Origin: a virus
DNA: 64,000 nt
Direction: 5' to 3' (one strand)
Virus record (IMG/VR): IMGVR_UViG_3300021442_000581
Location: 6,218-70,217 of that record
In this document: piece by piece, positions 50,203-60,119 of the stretch
How positions within the stretch are numbered: position 1 is the first letter of the stretch
How the letters are laid out: every line of letters starts with the position of its first letter
The notes under the pieces: model-generated
Told to the model about the DNA's origin: nothing
The model's input: the letters and a program-made list of their open reading frames with translations, nothing else
The model's database searches: none
Position numbers and translations under genes: made by a program

Positions 50203-50607
50203 ATGAAGAGAAAAATAATTAGACCACTGTTACAAGAAATTTACAAGGATGATCCATGGAAAATGCTTGTTTGTTGCATACTTCTAAATTTAACTCATAG
50301 AAGACAAGTAGATACGATACGTGAAGAACTATTCGATCGTTATCCAAGTCCTCTTCACATGGCTTTCGCTAATGAATCAGAATTATCACACAAACTTAAA
50401 CCATTAGGTTTTTATAATAAGAGAGCTAAAACTTTAAAGCGAATGAGCTTAGAGTATGTTAGGGGATTTAAGAAACCTAAAGAATTACATGGTATTGGAA
50501 AATACGGTAGTGATTCATGGGAAATATTTCAAAACGAAAATTTTAATATTAGTCCCGAAGATGAAGTATTGAAAGAATATTTAAATATAATTGGAGAGCG
50601 TAAATGA
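50203..50607 (+). CDS. MBD4-like HhH-GPD DNA glycosylase
   Basis: DPWKMLVCCILLNLT, LKPLGFYNKRAK.L..MS, LHGIGKYGSDSWEIF. Confidence 0.8.
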   Translation: MKRKIIRPLLQEIYKDDPWKMLVCCILLNLTHRRQVDTIREELFDRYPSPLHMAFANESELSHKLKPLGFYNKRAKTLKRMSLEYVRGFKKPKELHGIGKYGSDSWEIFQNENFNISPEDEVLKEYLNIIGERK

Positions 50608-50698
50608 TGTTCGCGATATGGCTCGTCCACTAATGTGGATAAAGGGGAGAAGAGCCTGATCCCCACCAAATTTTAACTCTAACTTTGAAAGAAAAATA

Positions 50699-50911
50699 AT
50701 GGACGAAAAGAAAAAACCAAAAAAGTCTTCGAAAATAGATAACTTAATAATAGATCTAATACTTGATCATTATAATGTACAATCTTTTTCAGGGTTAAGA
50801 GAAAATTTGAGTGGGGATCAATTTATGGAATTGGTTGAAAAAGCAGAAGAAATGTATTACAAAAAAATGATACAAAAATACGGTAGTTTAGATGAAGTAG
50901 CTGAAGCATGA
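50699..50911 (+). CDS. Hypothetical protein
   Basis: 70-aa ORF coupled to the next gene. Confidence 0.6.
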   Translation: MDEKKKPKKSSKIDNLIIDLILDHYNVQSFSGLRENLSGDQFMELVEKAEEMYYKKMIQKYGSLDEVAEA

Positions 50912-51723
50912 CATTACCAGGGGAATTTGATTTACACATAATTGATACGTGTAATTTGCATTGTACAGAATGTATTGTCTTGGATTATTTAGGAGATAAT
51001 AGGGTAACCAATCAAAAATACAATCTAAATGATGTCAAAGAGGTTGTGTCTAATTTTAAGAGACTGGATCTAAGAGTAGAAGAATTAAAGATTTTAGGTG
51101 GTGAACCAACTTTAAGTAACCATTTAGATGAAATTATAAATTATCTACTAGACGTAAAGATTCATGATAAGATAACATTAGTTACAAACGGATTAAATTT
51201 TACAGAGAAAGTTGTAGATTCATTAATAAAGTTAGATAAACTAATTATTTCTGTTTATCCATTTAAGACAGGCTTAGGAGTTTTAGGACTAGAATATCAA
51301 ATACGTACGTCAAAATTGTATGACAAATTAGACCAAAATTTAGAATTAGAATTTCTGTTTCAACTGCATTTTCAACGTTACGGTCATAAACAACCACATT
51401 TAGAGTATTCTCCAGAATTGAATTGGGAACGGTGTTGGCAAAAGGATACTTGTAGAACTATAACGAAGGACAATTTATATAGGTGTGCAAATACCTACAG
51501 TGAGGATAAAGATAAATGTACATGGGAAGATAGACAAAAAGTTATTGATTTCATTATGAGTGATGTTCCATTAAGTCATTGTAAAGATTGTCCATTCCCA
51601 CCAGCTGAGAAAGAATGGACTTCAAATGATTTGCCAATTGATATGAAAAATTATAAAAGAGGTTCGGAAATAATTAAAAGTTATGGAAAAAGAATACCAC
51701 ACATAAGAGAATTTAATGGTTGA
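50908..51723 (+). CDS. Radical SAM protein
   Basis: CNLHCTEC, ILGGEPTL, VTNG. Confidence 0.85.
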   Translation: MTLPGEFDLHIIDTCNLHCTECIVLDYLGDNRVTNQKYNLNDVKEVVSNFKRLDLRVEELKILGGEPTLSNHLDEIINYLLDVKIHDKITLVTNGLNFTEKVVDSLIKLDKLIISVYPFKTGLGVLGLEYQIRTSKLYDKLDQNLELEFLFQLHFQRYGHKQPHLEYSPELNWERCWQKDTCRTITKDNLYRCANTYSEDKDKCTWEDRQKVIDFIMSDVPLSHCKDCPFPPAEKEWTSNDLPIDMKNYKRGSEIIKSYGKRIPHIREFNG

Positions 51724-52345
51724 TGGTTACAAATTACTAGAAAATGTCATTTCTAAAGATGATATAGAATATTTGCAAGAGTATACATTATTGGTTAAAC
51801 GACGTGTTATTCCAAAGATCGGTTTAACTAGATCAGACGGTGGTGGACTGTACTGGAAAGGTATAGATATGGCTTCTAAATTTGAATTATCTTCAGAAAA
51901 AGAGAACAAAAAGTTGTATGATTTTTATACATCAGATTTCATGTATAATATAGCTTGTGATCACATAAAAGAACCATATCTATTTAACGATCAAATAGTT
52001 GTTAAATTACCGAATGAACGTTTTTGGTTTGAACCTCATTTTGATAACCAATATGGACCATATCCGGATGACAAAGAATTAGTTACTATTAATTGTATGT
52101 TAATTTTAGATGATTTTACAGAAGAAAATGGAGCCATAAGTCTTAAGAGTACAGTATCAAATACATGGAGAACAATCTATCCAAAGACTGGAGATATATT
52201 ACTTATCGACGGTAATACTATGCATTCGTCAAAACGCAATAAAACAGACAAAGTAAGACGAGCATACATTTGTGTTTATGCTAATAAACCCATCGGGAAG
52301 GACTTCAAAAGCGGATATTATTACAAAAAACTTAAAAAAAAGTGA
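51716..52345 (+). CDS. PhyH-like 2OG-Fe(II) dioxygenase
   Basis: PHFDNQY (HxD), LDDFTEENG, GNTMHSS..N.T...RRAY. Confidence 0.85.
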   Translation: MVDGYKLLENVISKDDIEYLQEYTLLVKRRVIPKIGLTRSDGGGLYWKGIDMASKFELSSEKENKKLYDFYTSDFMYNIACDHIKEPYLFNDQIVVKLPNERFWFEPHFDNQYGPYPDDKELVTINCMLILDDFTEENGAISLKSTVSNTWRTIYPKTGDILLIDGNTMHSSKRNKTDKVRRAYICVYANKPIGKDFKSGYYYKKLKKK

Positions 52346-52370
52346 AAAAAAGTGAAAAAAAGTGAAAATA
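52341..52370 (+). repeat. Three tandem 10-nt units AGTGAAAAAA (last unit AGTGAAAATA)
   Basis: Seen directly upstream of promoter copy 4. Confidence 0.8.
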
Positions 52371-52372
52371 AA

Positions 52373-52405
52373 CATGTACAAGTACCGGTTTTTTGTCGTA
52401 TATTC
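52373..52405 (+). promoter_or_regulatory. Phage promoter CATGTAC-N19-TATATTC (copy 4)
   Basis: CATGTACAAGTACCGGTTTTTTGTCGTATATTC. Confidence 0.78.
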
Positions 52406-52451
52406 TATTATAACAAATGATTAATAAATAAGCAATTCATAAAAGGTTAAA

Positions 52452-54515
52452 ATGTCAAGAATAAATAAAAACTCAAATTACTGGATCGGAAACCTCACAG
52501 GTTCTTCGGATATGTGGTGGAGAGAAGATGAAGTCAAATCTTCTGGTAAAGATCTAGTTGCTCTAGCTGGTTATCGTAGAGCTATTTCAAACTTTGTGAA
52601 TATCGTTACTAACAAAACAGATATTCCAGTAAAATTCAACACTCACGGTAATAGTCACACTGACGGCAAAACTGTTACTCTTAGCGCAAGCGTTAAGGAA
52701 AATAATTTTGATCCAACTGTCGGACTTGCTCTTCACGAAGGTAGTCACATTGTTCATAGCGATTTCGAACTATTAAAAGAGCTCAAATCGGTTATAGCTG
52801 AGAAAATGGGTGTGGATTTCGGTGGATTAGCTTATAATTCTCCAGAGTGGAAAGCATTTTACACTTCAGTTTCTCGTATTAAAGACCTTCTAAATTACGT
52901 TGAAGATCGTAGAATCGATTATCTAACTTTTAAATCAGCTCCAGGATACAAAAATTATTATCACTCAATGTATGATAAGTATTTTAATTTTGCAGTAGTT
53001 ACTAAAGCTTTAAAATCAGGTGAATATCGTGACGCTACAAGTTATGATTCTTATGAATTCCGCGTTATTAACTTTACTAACAATGCTACAGATTTAAATG
53101 CTCTTCCTGATCTTAGAAAGATTTACAGAGTATTAAATCTTAAGAATATCTCAAGACTTACATCAACAGAAGAGTGTTTAGATGTCGCGATTGAAATGTA
53201 TAAATTAATTATGAATAACGTAATCGATCCTACTCCAAGTAAAGACGGTGAAGAGACACCAGCTGAAGCTGAAGGTAGTAAAGGTGAAGAATTACTTGAC
53301 AGTAACCTAGAAGAGAATACACCAGGATCATCATCAGAAATGAGCGAAGGTTCAGACGATGATGAAACTGGTGATTCTGACGGTGAGTCAACAGAAGCTT
53401 CAAGCGGGCGTTCAGGTGAACCAGTTCCAGAGAATGAAGATTTACCAGAATTAACTGAAGCTCAGAAGAAATCTTTAGAGAATGCAATCGCAAAACAAAA
53501 GAAACTTATTGACGGTAGTATGACAAAGTCAAAGCTTTCTAAAAAAGATGCTGAAACACTTCAAGCAGTTGAGGAATCAGGTGCGTATACTACAGATGTT
53601 GGTACGGGTGAAGAATATTATAACAGAACAGATTGTATTGTAGTTCCAAGACTTGTTGAATCAATGATCCCATCCAGATACGAAAGAGGTCCTTACGATT
53701 TTCTAAGAAAAAGTTACTATCACTCTGATACTAATGAAAATGCTGTATTAGACGGTTTAAGACTTGGTACAGTTCTTGGTAAGAAATTACAAGTTAGAAA
53801 TGAAGAAAGAACACTTAAGTGGACTCGTCAAGATTCAGGTCGTATTGACAGAAGATTAATTGCTGAATTAGGTTTTGGTAATGAGAATGTTTTTCAGTCG
53901 ACATTTACAGAAAAATATGATGATGCTTTTCTTCATATTTCAATCGATGCATCAGGTTCTATGGGTGGAGAAAAATGGTCAAACTCAATGAAATCAGCGG
54001 CTGCAATGTGTAAAGCTGCTTCTATGGTTGGTAACATTCATGTTCAAGTTAGTATTCGTACAACACACGGTCGTAGAGAAACTAAACCTCTTATCGCTAT
54101 AATTTACGATTCTAAGGTTAACAAGATTGTACACATCAAGAAATTTTGGAAGCATTTAGATGCAACTGGTACTACACCCGAAGGTCTTTGTTTTGAAGCT
54201 ATCGAAAAGCAAATAGTTGCTGATTCAAATGGTAGAGACGCATACTTCTTAAATCTTTCAGACGGTATGCCTTACTACGGTGGTGGTGAAATGTATTACT
54301 CAGGTGAAAAAGCTCTTAAGCACACCGCAGATAAAGTTAAGTATTTCAAAAACAACATGATCAAAGTTCTTAGCTTCTTTATCACCGATGGATACGATAG
54401 AAGAGATACACTAAGAGATTTTAGAAAAATGTACGGTAAAGATGCGGTACAAATTGATCCAACAAGTGTAGTGTCACTAGCAAAAGTATTAAATGCAAAA
54501 TTTTTAGAGGCTTAA
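52452..54515 (+). CDS. vWA-domain protein with N-terminal HExxH metallopeptidase-like domain (CobT-like)
   Basis: LHEGSH, NYVEDRRID, acidic linker, MIDAS IDASGSM, TGTTPE, LSDG.P. Confidence 0.85.
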   Translation: MSRINKNSNYWIGNLTGSSDMWWREDEVKSSGKDLVALAGYRRAISNFVNIVTNKTDIPVKFNTHGNSHTDGKTVTLSASVKENNFDPTVGLALHEGSHIVHSDFELLKELKSVIAEKMGVDFGGLAYNSPEWKAFYTSVSRIKDLLNYVEDRRIDYLTFKSAPGYKNYYHSMYDKYFNFAVVTKALKSGEYRDATSYDSYEFRVINFTNNATDLNALPDLRKIYRVLNLKNISRLTSTEECLDVAIEMYKLIMNNVIDPTPSKDGEETPAEAEGSKGEELLDSNLEENTPGSSSEMSEGSDDDETGDSDGESTEASSGRSGEPVPENEDLPELTEAQKKSLENAIAKQKKLIDGSMTKSKLSKKDAETLQAVEESGAYTTDVGTGEEYYNRTDCIVVPRLVESMIPSRYERGPYDFLRKSYYHSDTNENAVLDGLRLGTVLGKKLQVRNEERTLKWTRQDSGRIDRRLIAELGFGNENVFQSTFTEKYDDAFLHISIDASGSMGGEKWSNSMKSAAAMCKAASMVGNIHVQVSIRTTHGRRETKPLIAIIYDSKVNKIVHIKKFWKHLDATGTTPEGLCFEAIEKQIVADSNGRDAYFLNLSDGMPYYGGGEMYYSGEKALKHTADKVKYFKNNMIKVLSFFITDGYDRRDTLRDFRKMYGKDAVQIDPTSVVSLAKVLNAKFLEA

Positions 54516-54613
54516 TAGTGATTGTCTAGATATTTATTATCGATACGTTTGGAGTATACATCGTTAATCGGAACGGGTTCAAATACTCTACAATCCAAAA
54601 TTGAGGTATATAC

Positions 54614-54898
54614 GTGAACGCTAAAGATAAACAAGATTTAGAACTAGTACATTATAGGTTAGATGAACTTGATAAGAGAATGCAAGATATGAAGGTTATT
54701 ATGAGAGACGATCATAAAGAAGTTATTACAGATTTCAAATTTATTAAAGAAAATTTATTTAATCCAAACGAAGGGTTATGGGCAGAAACAAAATTAAATA
54801 CAACATTCAGAATGAATTCACAGAAGTGGAGAGGTGTGGTAGGTACAGGTTTTGTAGCACTGATAATTGAAAGAGTTTGGGGAATATTCACGAGTTAA
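54614..54898 (+). CDS. Coiled-coil protein with C-terminal hydrophobic segment
   Basis: GTG start after GAGG; 94 aa. Confidence 0.6.
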   Translation: MNAKDKQDLELVHYRLDELDKRMQDMKVIMRDDHKEVITDFKFIKENLFNPNEGLWAETKLNTTFRMNSQKWRGVVGTGFVALIIERVWGIFTS

Positions 54899-54907
54899 GG
54901 AGTCACA

Positions 54908-55708
54908 ATGTACGGTGCAATTAGTTATACACCACCAAAGTGGACGGAGAAAGTTCATTTCGGTTATACGATGGCAAGATGTTCAGAAATTGCCTATTTA
55001 GATAATACAGAAGCAAAAAAAGAGTATAAACGATTAGGGTTTACTGCTCATAGATTTTTTGATGAGGATGGAGCACAGTGTCACTGTACGTGGAACGATG
55101 AATGGTTTGTTATCGCATTTAGAGGAACACAAGGTAAAGAGTGGAGTGATATTAAAGCAGATCTTAGTGTTGATTCAGTTGATGCTAAGGGATTTGTTGG
55201 TCGCGTGCAGACTGGATTTCAACATGAGTTGGATAAGCTAATACCAAAATTGTTTAAATTTATAATGAAGAAGTATGATCAGAACCGCAAGATCGTATAC
55301 ACCGGTCATTCTTTAGGTGCTGCGATGGCCACACTTGCGGCATCTAGAGCTGAGACACATGTTGATAGTTTATTTACGTACGGTTCACCACGAGTTGGTA
55401 ATGAAAAATTTGTAAGTAGTTTGTCTTATTTACCCCATTTTAGATTTGTAAACAATGCTGATACCGTTACAAAGGTACCATTCAGACATTGGGGATACCG
55501 TCACCATGGAGAGTTGAGATATATAGATGCTAAGGGTGATGTTGATGCTAAATCACATGTGTGGTCTAGATTTTGGGATAGAATTATTGGAAGATTGGAT
55601 GGAATATTAAATAGGAATTATTTTGATGGTGTTTCTGATCATTCATGTTCGAATTATTGTGAGCACTTACAAAAGTATGAGGAAGAGTATATTAAAGGAG
55701 AAGTATGA
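54908..55708 (+). CDS. Lipase class 3 (alpha/beta hydrolase)
   Basis: IAFRGT, TGHSLGAAMA, TYGSPRVG, RFVN..D.V..VP, DH. Confidence 0.9.
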   Translation: MYGAISYTPPKWTEKVHFGYTMARCSEIAYLDNTEAKKEYKRLGFTAHRFFDEDGAQCHCTWNDEWFVIAFRGTQGKEWSDIKADLSVDSVDAKGFVGRVQTGFQHELDKLIPKLFKFIMKKYDQNRKIVYTGHSLGAAMATLAASRAETHVDSLFTYGSPRVGNEKFVSSLSYLPHFRFVNNADTVTKVPFRHWGYRHHGELRYIDAKGDVDAKSHVWSRFWDRIIGRLDGILNRNYFDGVSDHSCSNYCEHLQKYEEEYIKGEV

Positions 55709-55893
55709 TGCCGAAAGCAAAGAAAAAAGCCGGATTTAAGGTTAACGAATCGGATATTAGAATTTCAGCGAAGAGAACATCTATAAGACGAGAGACTGCT
55801 GATAGAAGAAGGAATAGCAATCCTGGTGATGTCTTTTGGGCAAAGGTCATTAATGGTTTTGAGAATTTCTTAAAATCACCATGGAGCAAATGA
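55705..55893 (+). CDS. Hypothetical basic protein
   Basis: 62 aa, coupled. Confidence 0.55.
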   Translation: MMPKAKKKAGFKVNESDIRISAKRTSIRRETADRRRNSNPGDVFWAKVINGFENFLKSPWSK

Positions 55894-56159
55894 TGGCAAT
55901 TAAAATAGTAGCAGAGAGAGTACCACCTGGAGACAGATGGGTACTTACAGATGAAGTGATCCAACCGCATGATGAACAGGTTGTGTTAACGTCTCTAACT
56001 GATTGTCTGAACGAGATATTTAAGACTACGGGTGATAGAGTTTTTACAGTCGATGCAGGTAAAGGGAATGTTTCTGTTGAAGAGGAACGAACACGAGGAC
56101 CAAGAGTGTGGGACTTATACGGTGAAAAATCAGACGACAAAGAAATACTCAGCGGTTGA
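55881..56159 (+). CDS. Hypothetical phage protein
   Basis: IVAERVPPGDRW...SLTDCL motif. Confidence 0.65.
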   Translation: MEQMMAIKIVAERVPPGDRWVLTDEVIQPHDEQVVLTSLTDCLNEIFKTTGDRVFTVDAGKGNVSVEEERTRGPRVWDLYGEKSDDKEILSG

Positions 56160-56303
56160 TAAACCAATGTACGTGTTTTCTCTACCCGTATTTGAAGACA
56201 AAGAAGTTATTGAAGATAGAGATTGGAGAATCTTAGAAGAGTGGGTTATAATGATGTACGAAGATAGATTTGATTTAACAATGTTAATGTTAGCGAGGGC
56301 ATA

Positions 56304-56549
56304 ATGAAACATGAAGACTATAGGAAACTGATGAGGACACCTTTCGACGAGTTGTCAGCAGAAGACCAAGAGAAACGAACTAATGAATTTCTTAGACGAA
56401 TGGAATTAGCATCATCGTTTTTATCACAACTTAAAGATGGTAAAATCCATGATGAGTTTGTAGATTTGATAGAAGATGATGATCCGATGAAGGAAATGAT
56501 AGAAGTAGTAAAAATAAAAGCAAATGATAATATAGGAGCAGAAGCATGA
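56304..56549 (+). CDS. Hypothetical protein
   Basis: 81 aa, coupled. Confidence 0.55.
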   Translation: MKHEDYRKLMRTPFDELSAEDQEKRTNEFLRRMELASSFLSQLKDGKIHDEFVDLIEDDDPMKEMIEVVKIKANDNIGAEA

Positions 56550-56746
56550 ATTTGACTTGGTTTTATTTACATGTAGTATTAGCAACAATAATACTATATA
56601 AAGATTACGATGGTACTCTTGAAGAGTCATTAGATAAATTCGAACAGTCGATAGGGTTGTATACACCACCAGATACTATCGATGCAACACCACCGTATTA
56701 CATACCACCAATTAGTGAGGAAGATGAAAATGCAGAACGAAGTTAA
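56546..56746 (+). CDS. Small membrane-anchored protein
   Basis: N-terminal hydrophobic helix. Confidence 0.5.
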   Translation: MNLTWFYLHVVLATIILYKDYDGTLEESLDKFEQSIGLYTPPDTIDATPPYYIPPISEEDENAERS

Positions 56747-56951
56747 TGTGAATCAACAACAGTTAGATCCAAGTAAGATGTCTGTTGTTAAGTGCAAAGA
56801 ATGTGATCATGATTTGTGGGAACAAAAATTTGAGATACGTAGAGCATCACCTATTACATCACCTACTGGACAGGAAATGTTTGTACAGATTCCTATGATG
56901 GTGTGTAGCAGTTGTGATGTACGGTATCCAGTTAAAGGTGATTTATCGTGA
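56730..56951 (+). CDS. Zinc-ribbon protein
   Basis: CKEC...SPTGQE...CSSC. Confidence 0.65.
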   Translation: MQNEVNVNQQQLDPSKMSVVKCKECDHDLWEQKFEIRRASPITSPTGQEMFVQIPMMVCSSCDVRYPVKGDLS

Positions 56952-58144
56952 AATATTCTCCCGAGTACTATGAAAAAATAGAACAGTATAAACGTGCTCA
57001 TACGGAGGGCATGTACACTCGAGGTAGTAGGGACCCAGCCGATAAAATTCCACGAAGAGTAGTTGCACCCGATATAACGATGGAAGGTGTAGGAATAATG
57101 CGGAATGCTAGCTATTTTGCTAACACTACTGTTATTACTCGCATGTTAGGTGGTGAAAGATTTATTAACAGTGTACTAGATTACGGTAGTGGAAAGCCAG
57201 TTCCACTTACGTTTACACCAGGTAAAGCTGGAGAGTATGACCCTTCACGAGCAGCTTCTGAGGGTAAGAAGACTCGAGACGATAAACATGTACAAGATTT
57301 TTTATATCCACAAAACCAACAGGATTTTATAGAGTATATCGGTGTTGGTAATAATTTCTATCAGTGGGATCCAGCAATACCAGGAATAGATGATCCTCTT
57401 CCACCAGGTGCACAGTGGGATCAAGTGTGGTGTTCGGATGTTCTAGAACATATACCAGAACAAGATGTGGATGCAGTACTTGATGATTTATTTGCTCGAG
57501 CTCGTATATCATTAGTGATATTGATTAGTGCTAGTCCAGGAAAGCAGATGTTTAGGGATGATGATTACGAATTCGACTATCAGGGAATGAGGGAAGAAGG
57601 GGAAGATTTATACAATATTCAACACGTTCCTGAATCGGATAGACAATCACTAAAAGCTGGTGATGATCTTCATTGTACGGTACGGGATGCTAAATGGTGG
57701 ATAGATAAGATAAATAAACAAGCAAGGGCAAGGAATTGGCAAGATGCAGACGGAAAGTTTTTAAGATGTTCTATTAAAACTGGTCCTGATCAAAAGGGAA
57801 CGACTTCAGTTCGAGAGACTAGATGGTTTGGAAAGAATCCTAAAGGACTAACACCGGATACTATGCCAGTGATACAGCGGCAAGGTCAGTGGTGGGAAGA
57901 TTTTGATAGGATACTGATTGAAAAGAAAGTATATGAGATGGCACGGTTTCCAACGTATCGATATGAACAGTGGCCGAAAACTCCTCCGAAAAGGGGTCAC
58001 GGCAATATGATATACTGGAAAAAGACTGATATGAAAAATCATCAAGCTGGTAAGGCAGCACAGCATAAACCCGGTTCTTGGGAATCATCACGAATAGATA
58101 AACCATCGAATAGAAAGAGGAATGCAGACGGTACAATAAAATGA
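56948..58144 (+). CDS. Class I SAM-dependent methyltransferase-like protein
   Basis: VLDYGSGK, WDPAIP, CSDVLEHIPE.D. Confidence 0.75.
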   Translation: MKYSPEYYEKIEQYKRAHTEGMYTRGSRDPADKIPRRVVAPDITMEGVGIMRNASYFANTTVITRMLGGERFINSVLDYGSGKPVPLTFTPGKAGEYDPSRAASEGKKTRDDKHVQDFLYPQNQQDFIEYIGVGNNFYQWDPAIPGIDDPLPPGAQWDQVWCSDVLEHIPEQDVDAVLDDLFARARISLVILISASPGKQMFRDDDYEFDYQGMREEGEDLYNIQHVPESDRQSLKAGDDLHCTVRDAKWWIDKINKQARARNWQDADGKFLRCSIKTGPDQKGTTSVRETRWFGKNPKGLTPDTMPVIQRQGQWWEDFDRILIEKKVYEMARFPTYRYEQWPKTPPKRGHGNMIYWKKTDMKNHQAGKAAQHKPGSWESSRIDKPSNRKRNADGTIK

Positions 58145-59025
58145 GATTTGCATTGAAAATACTAAAGTACTTTTTAATATCATTCTTTGTTCTATCAGCA
58201 GTAAGAGGACAGTATGCGGTAGGAGATACGATAGATAATTTCAGTTTGGAGATTTGTGAGAATGGAGAAGGTACATGGGAGTATCATCAAGATGGTGTAG
58301 GTAATGTTGTATGGATGAATCTCTTCACGTCATGGTGACCAAGCTGTCAAGCGGAGGCTCCGTTGTCTGAAAATATGTGGCAAAATTATCAAGACCTACC
58401 GGTAGTAGTAATGGGTGTAGGTAGTGATTGGAGTACTTACTCTTGTGAAGGATGGGTTAATGCATTTGGAATAACATATCCAATGTTAGATGATTACGCT
58501 TCAACGGTTTATTGGTTATTCGGTGATGGGTATATTCCGCATAACGTTATACTAGATCATCAAGGTGTTGTACTGTATTCACAATCAGGATTTAATTCAA
58601 GTGCTATTATAAGTGTCATTAACAGTGCATTAGATAATATAGATGCCGATAATGATGGTGTTTATAATGGTAATGATAACTGTCCAGATGATTACAATCC
58701 AGAACAAGAAGACGAGGACGGTGATAGTATCGGTGATGCGTGTGATCCATGTAATAGTTTAGTATTTACCGGTGGAGATTTAAATACCAATCTAACACTT
58801 GATATAGCTGACGTCTTACTGTTGGTCAATATACTAATAGACGGTGAAGGACCACAGTGTCAAGTAGAATCAGCTGATATGAATGCTGATGGATTAATAA
58901 ATGTTTTAGACGTTATAACAATGGTTCAACTAATATTGAACGGTACTGAGGAACAAGCATTGAGATATTTGGAAGAGAATTTTGATTACATCCCAATGAC
59001 AACGATCGAGTACGAACAACGATGA
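58141..59025 (+). CDS. Exported thioredoxin-fold (AhpC/TlpA-like) selenoprotein, UxxC, with TSP3 repeats and dockerin-like domain (UGA at 58336-58338)
   Basis: ORFs 58141-58338 and 58363-59025 are in the same frame; reads WMNLFTSW-(TGA)-PSCQAEAP; then ITYPMLDD, YIPHNVILD..G; DADNDG...DNCP..YNPEQ.D.DGD.IGDACD; GDLN......IAD...ADMNADG.INVLDV. Confidence 0.9.
58348..58365 (+). promoter_or_regulatory. Candidate bacterial SECIS hairpin
   Basis: CAA(G)CGGA-GGC-UCCGUUG; the apical G lies 18 nt after the UGA. Confidence 0.6.
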
Positions 59026-59087
59026 ACGGTCGCGAAATTTTTAACGGTCCGCGTTTCTCGTATATATCACCCAGAGGAGGGTAAAGC

Positions 59088-59441
59088 ATGAACACACGCT
59101 CTCGTAAAGATAAGCCGAGATTCCCAAATCTCACAGAGCAGGAACAAGCCTCGATTCACGCATTCAGCGAGATAACCGATGGTATAGATAAAATGATGAA
59201 CGATATGAAGGACACACGAGAGGCTCGCAAGGTCTCGAAGTACAATCGATACATCTCATGGCTTTGGGAGGTACCTATTAGTATTTTAATAACAGCGTTA
59301 CTCACGTTTACAATAATCACGTTAGCAGTGGCTACTTTACTGGTCAGCTCCGTAATATTCGTGTGCACGCTTACGGTAACCATAACCGCGTACGCCCTCG
59401 ACGAGTGTACACACAGCGTAAGGAAGATATGGAAAACTTAA
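59088..59441 (+). CDS. Membrane hypothetical protein
   Basis: GAGGAGG RBS; long C-terminal hydrophobic stretch. Confidence 0.6.
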   Translation: MNTRSRKDKPRFPNLTEQEQASIHAFSEITDGIDKMMNDMKDTREARKVSKYNRYISWLWEVPISILITALLTFTIITLAVATLLVSSVIFVCTLTVTITAYALDECTHSVRKIWKT

Positions 59442-59742
59442 GAAGACCGCTACTCGAAGTACTCAAAGACGCTTGGACCGATGGACCCCAAGGTACCGAT
59501 TGGCTCGTCTACACGGTAGCCGGAATACTGCTATACAAGGCAGTAAGGTACGTTATACACATACTAACGAGTAACTAGTTACGATCACCGGAACTGCACC
59601 AAGAGTCCTGATATAGTCATGGTCGACGATGTTATTTAAAGTAATGTATACTTATGGGTAGCTATATCCTACGTCTGGTGGTTGATCTAGGTACTGTGCG
59701 CGCTGTTGTGGTAACTGTTTTCCCCACCCAAAGTATGTATAT

Positions 59743-60093
59743 ATGGCAAACAAGTATGACATTATGACACCAAAATACCTTACAAAAAAGCAAGTTGCCG
59801 AGCTCATGCACTGCTCGATAAAGACCGTGGACCGCTACCGCCGGGCCGGGATCCTACCGTACATAAAGATGGGTAACACGAGCAATGCGAAGGTGCTGTT
59901 CGAAGAGCAGGACGTGGCAGACTTCATGGCGCGGCGGAAGTATAACAGCGGGCTGCGTGTACACGGAGAGGGCTGGGACTACAACTCTGGCTTCAAGCCG
60001 GGAGGAGAGCTGGTATCTGGTAGTCGGGGAACCAGCGGATCCAGGGACTATATCGGCATGGAAGACTATACCGACGTACCGCCAGACTGGTAA
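59743..60093 (+). CDS. Excisionase-like helix-turn-helix DNA-binding protein (HTH_17/MerR-like)
   Basis: YLTKKQVAELMHCSIKTVDRYRRAGILPYIK.G....VLF. Confidence 0.8.
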   Translation: MANKYDIMTPKYLTKKQVAELMHCSIKTVDRYRRAGILPYIKMGNTSNAKVLFEEQDVADFMARRKYNSGLRVHGEGWDYNSGFKPGGELVSGSRGTSGSRDYIGMEDYTDVPPDW

Positions 60094-60119
60094 ATTATTT
60101 TCGCTTTTGTGAAAATAAA

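Noticed and set aside
52341-52370. CRISPR-like or iteron array
   Set aside because: Only three 10-nt A-rich units with no spacers; best explained as slippage of the promoter's upstream A-tract
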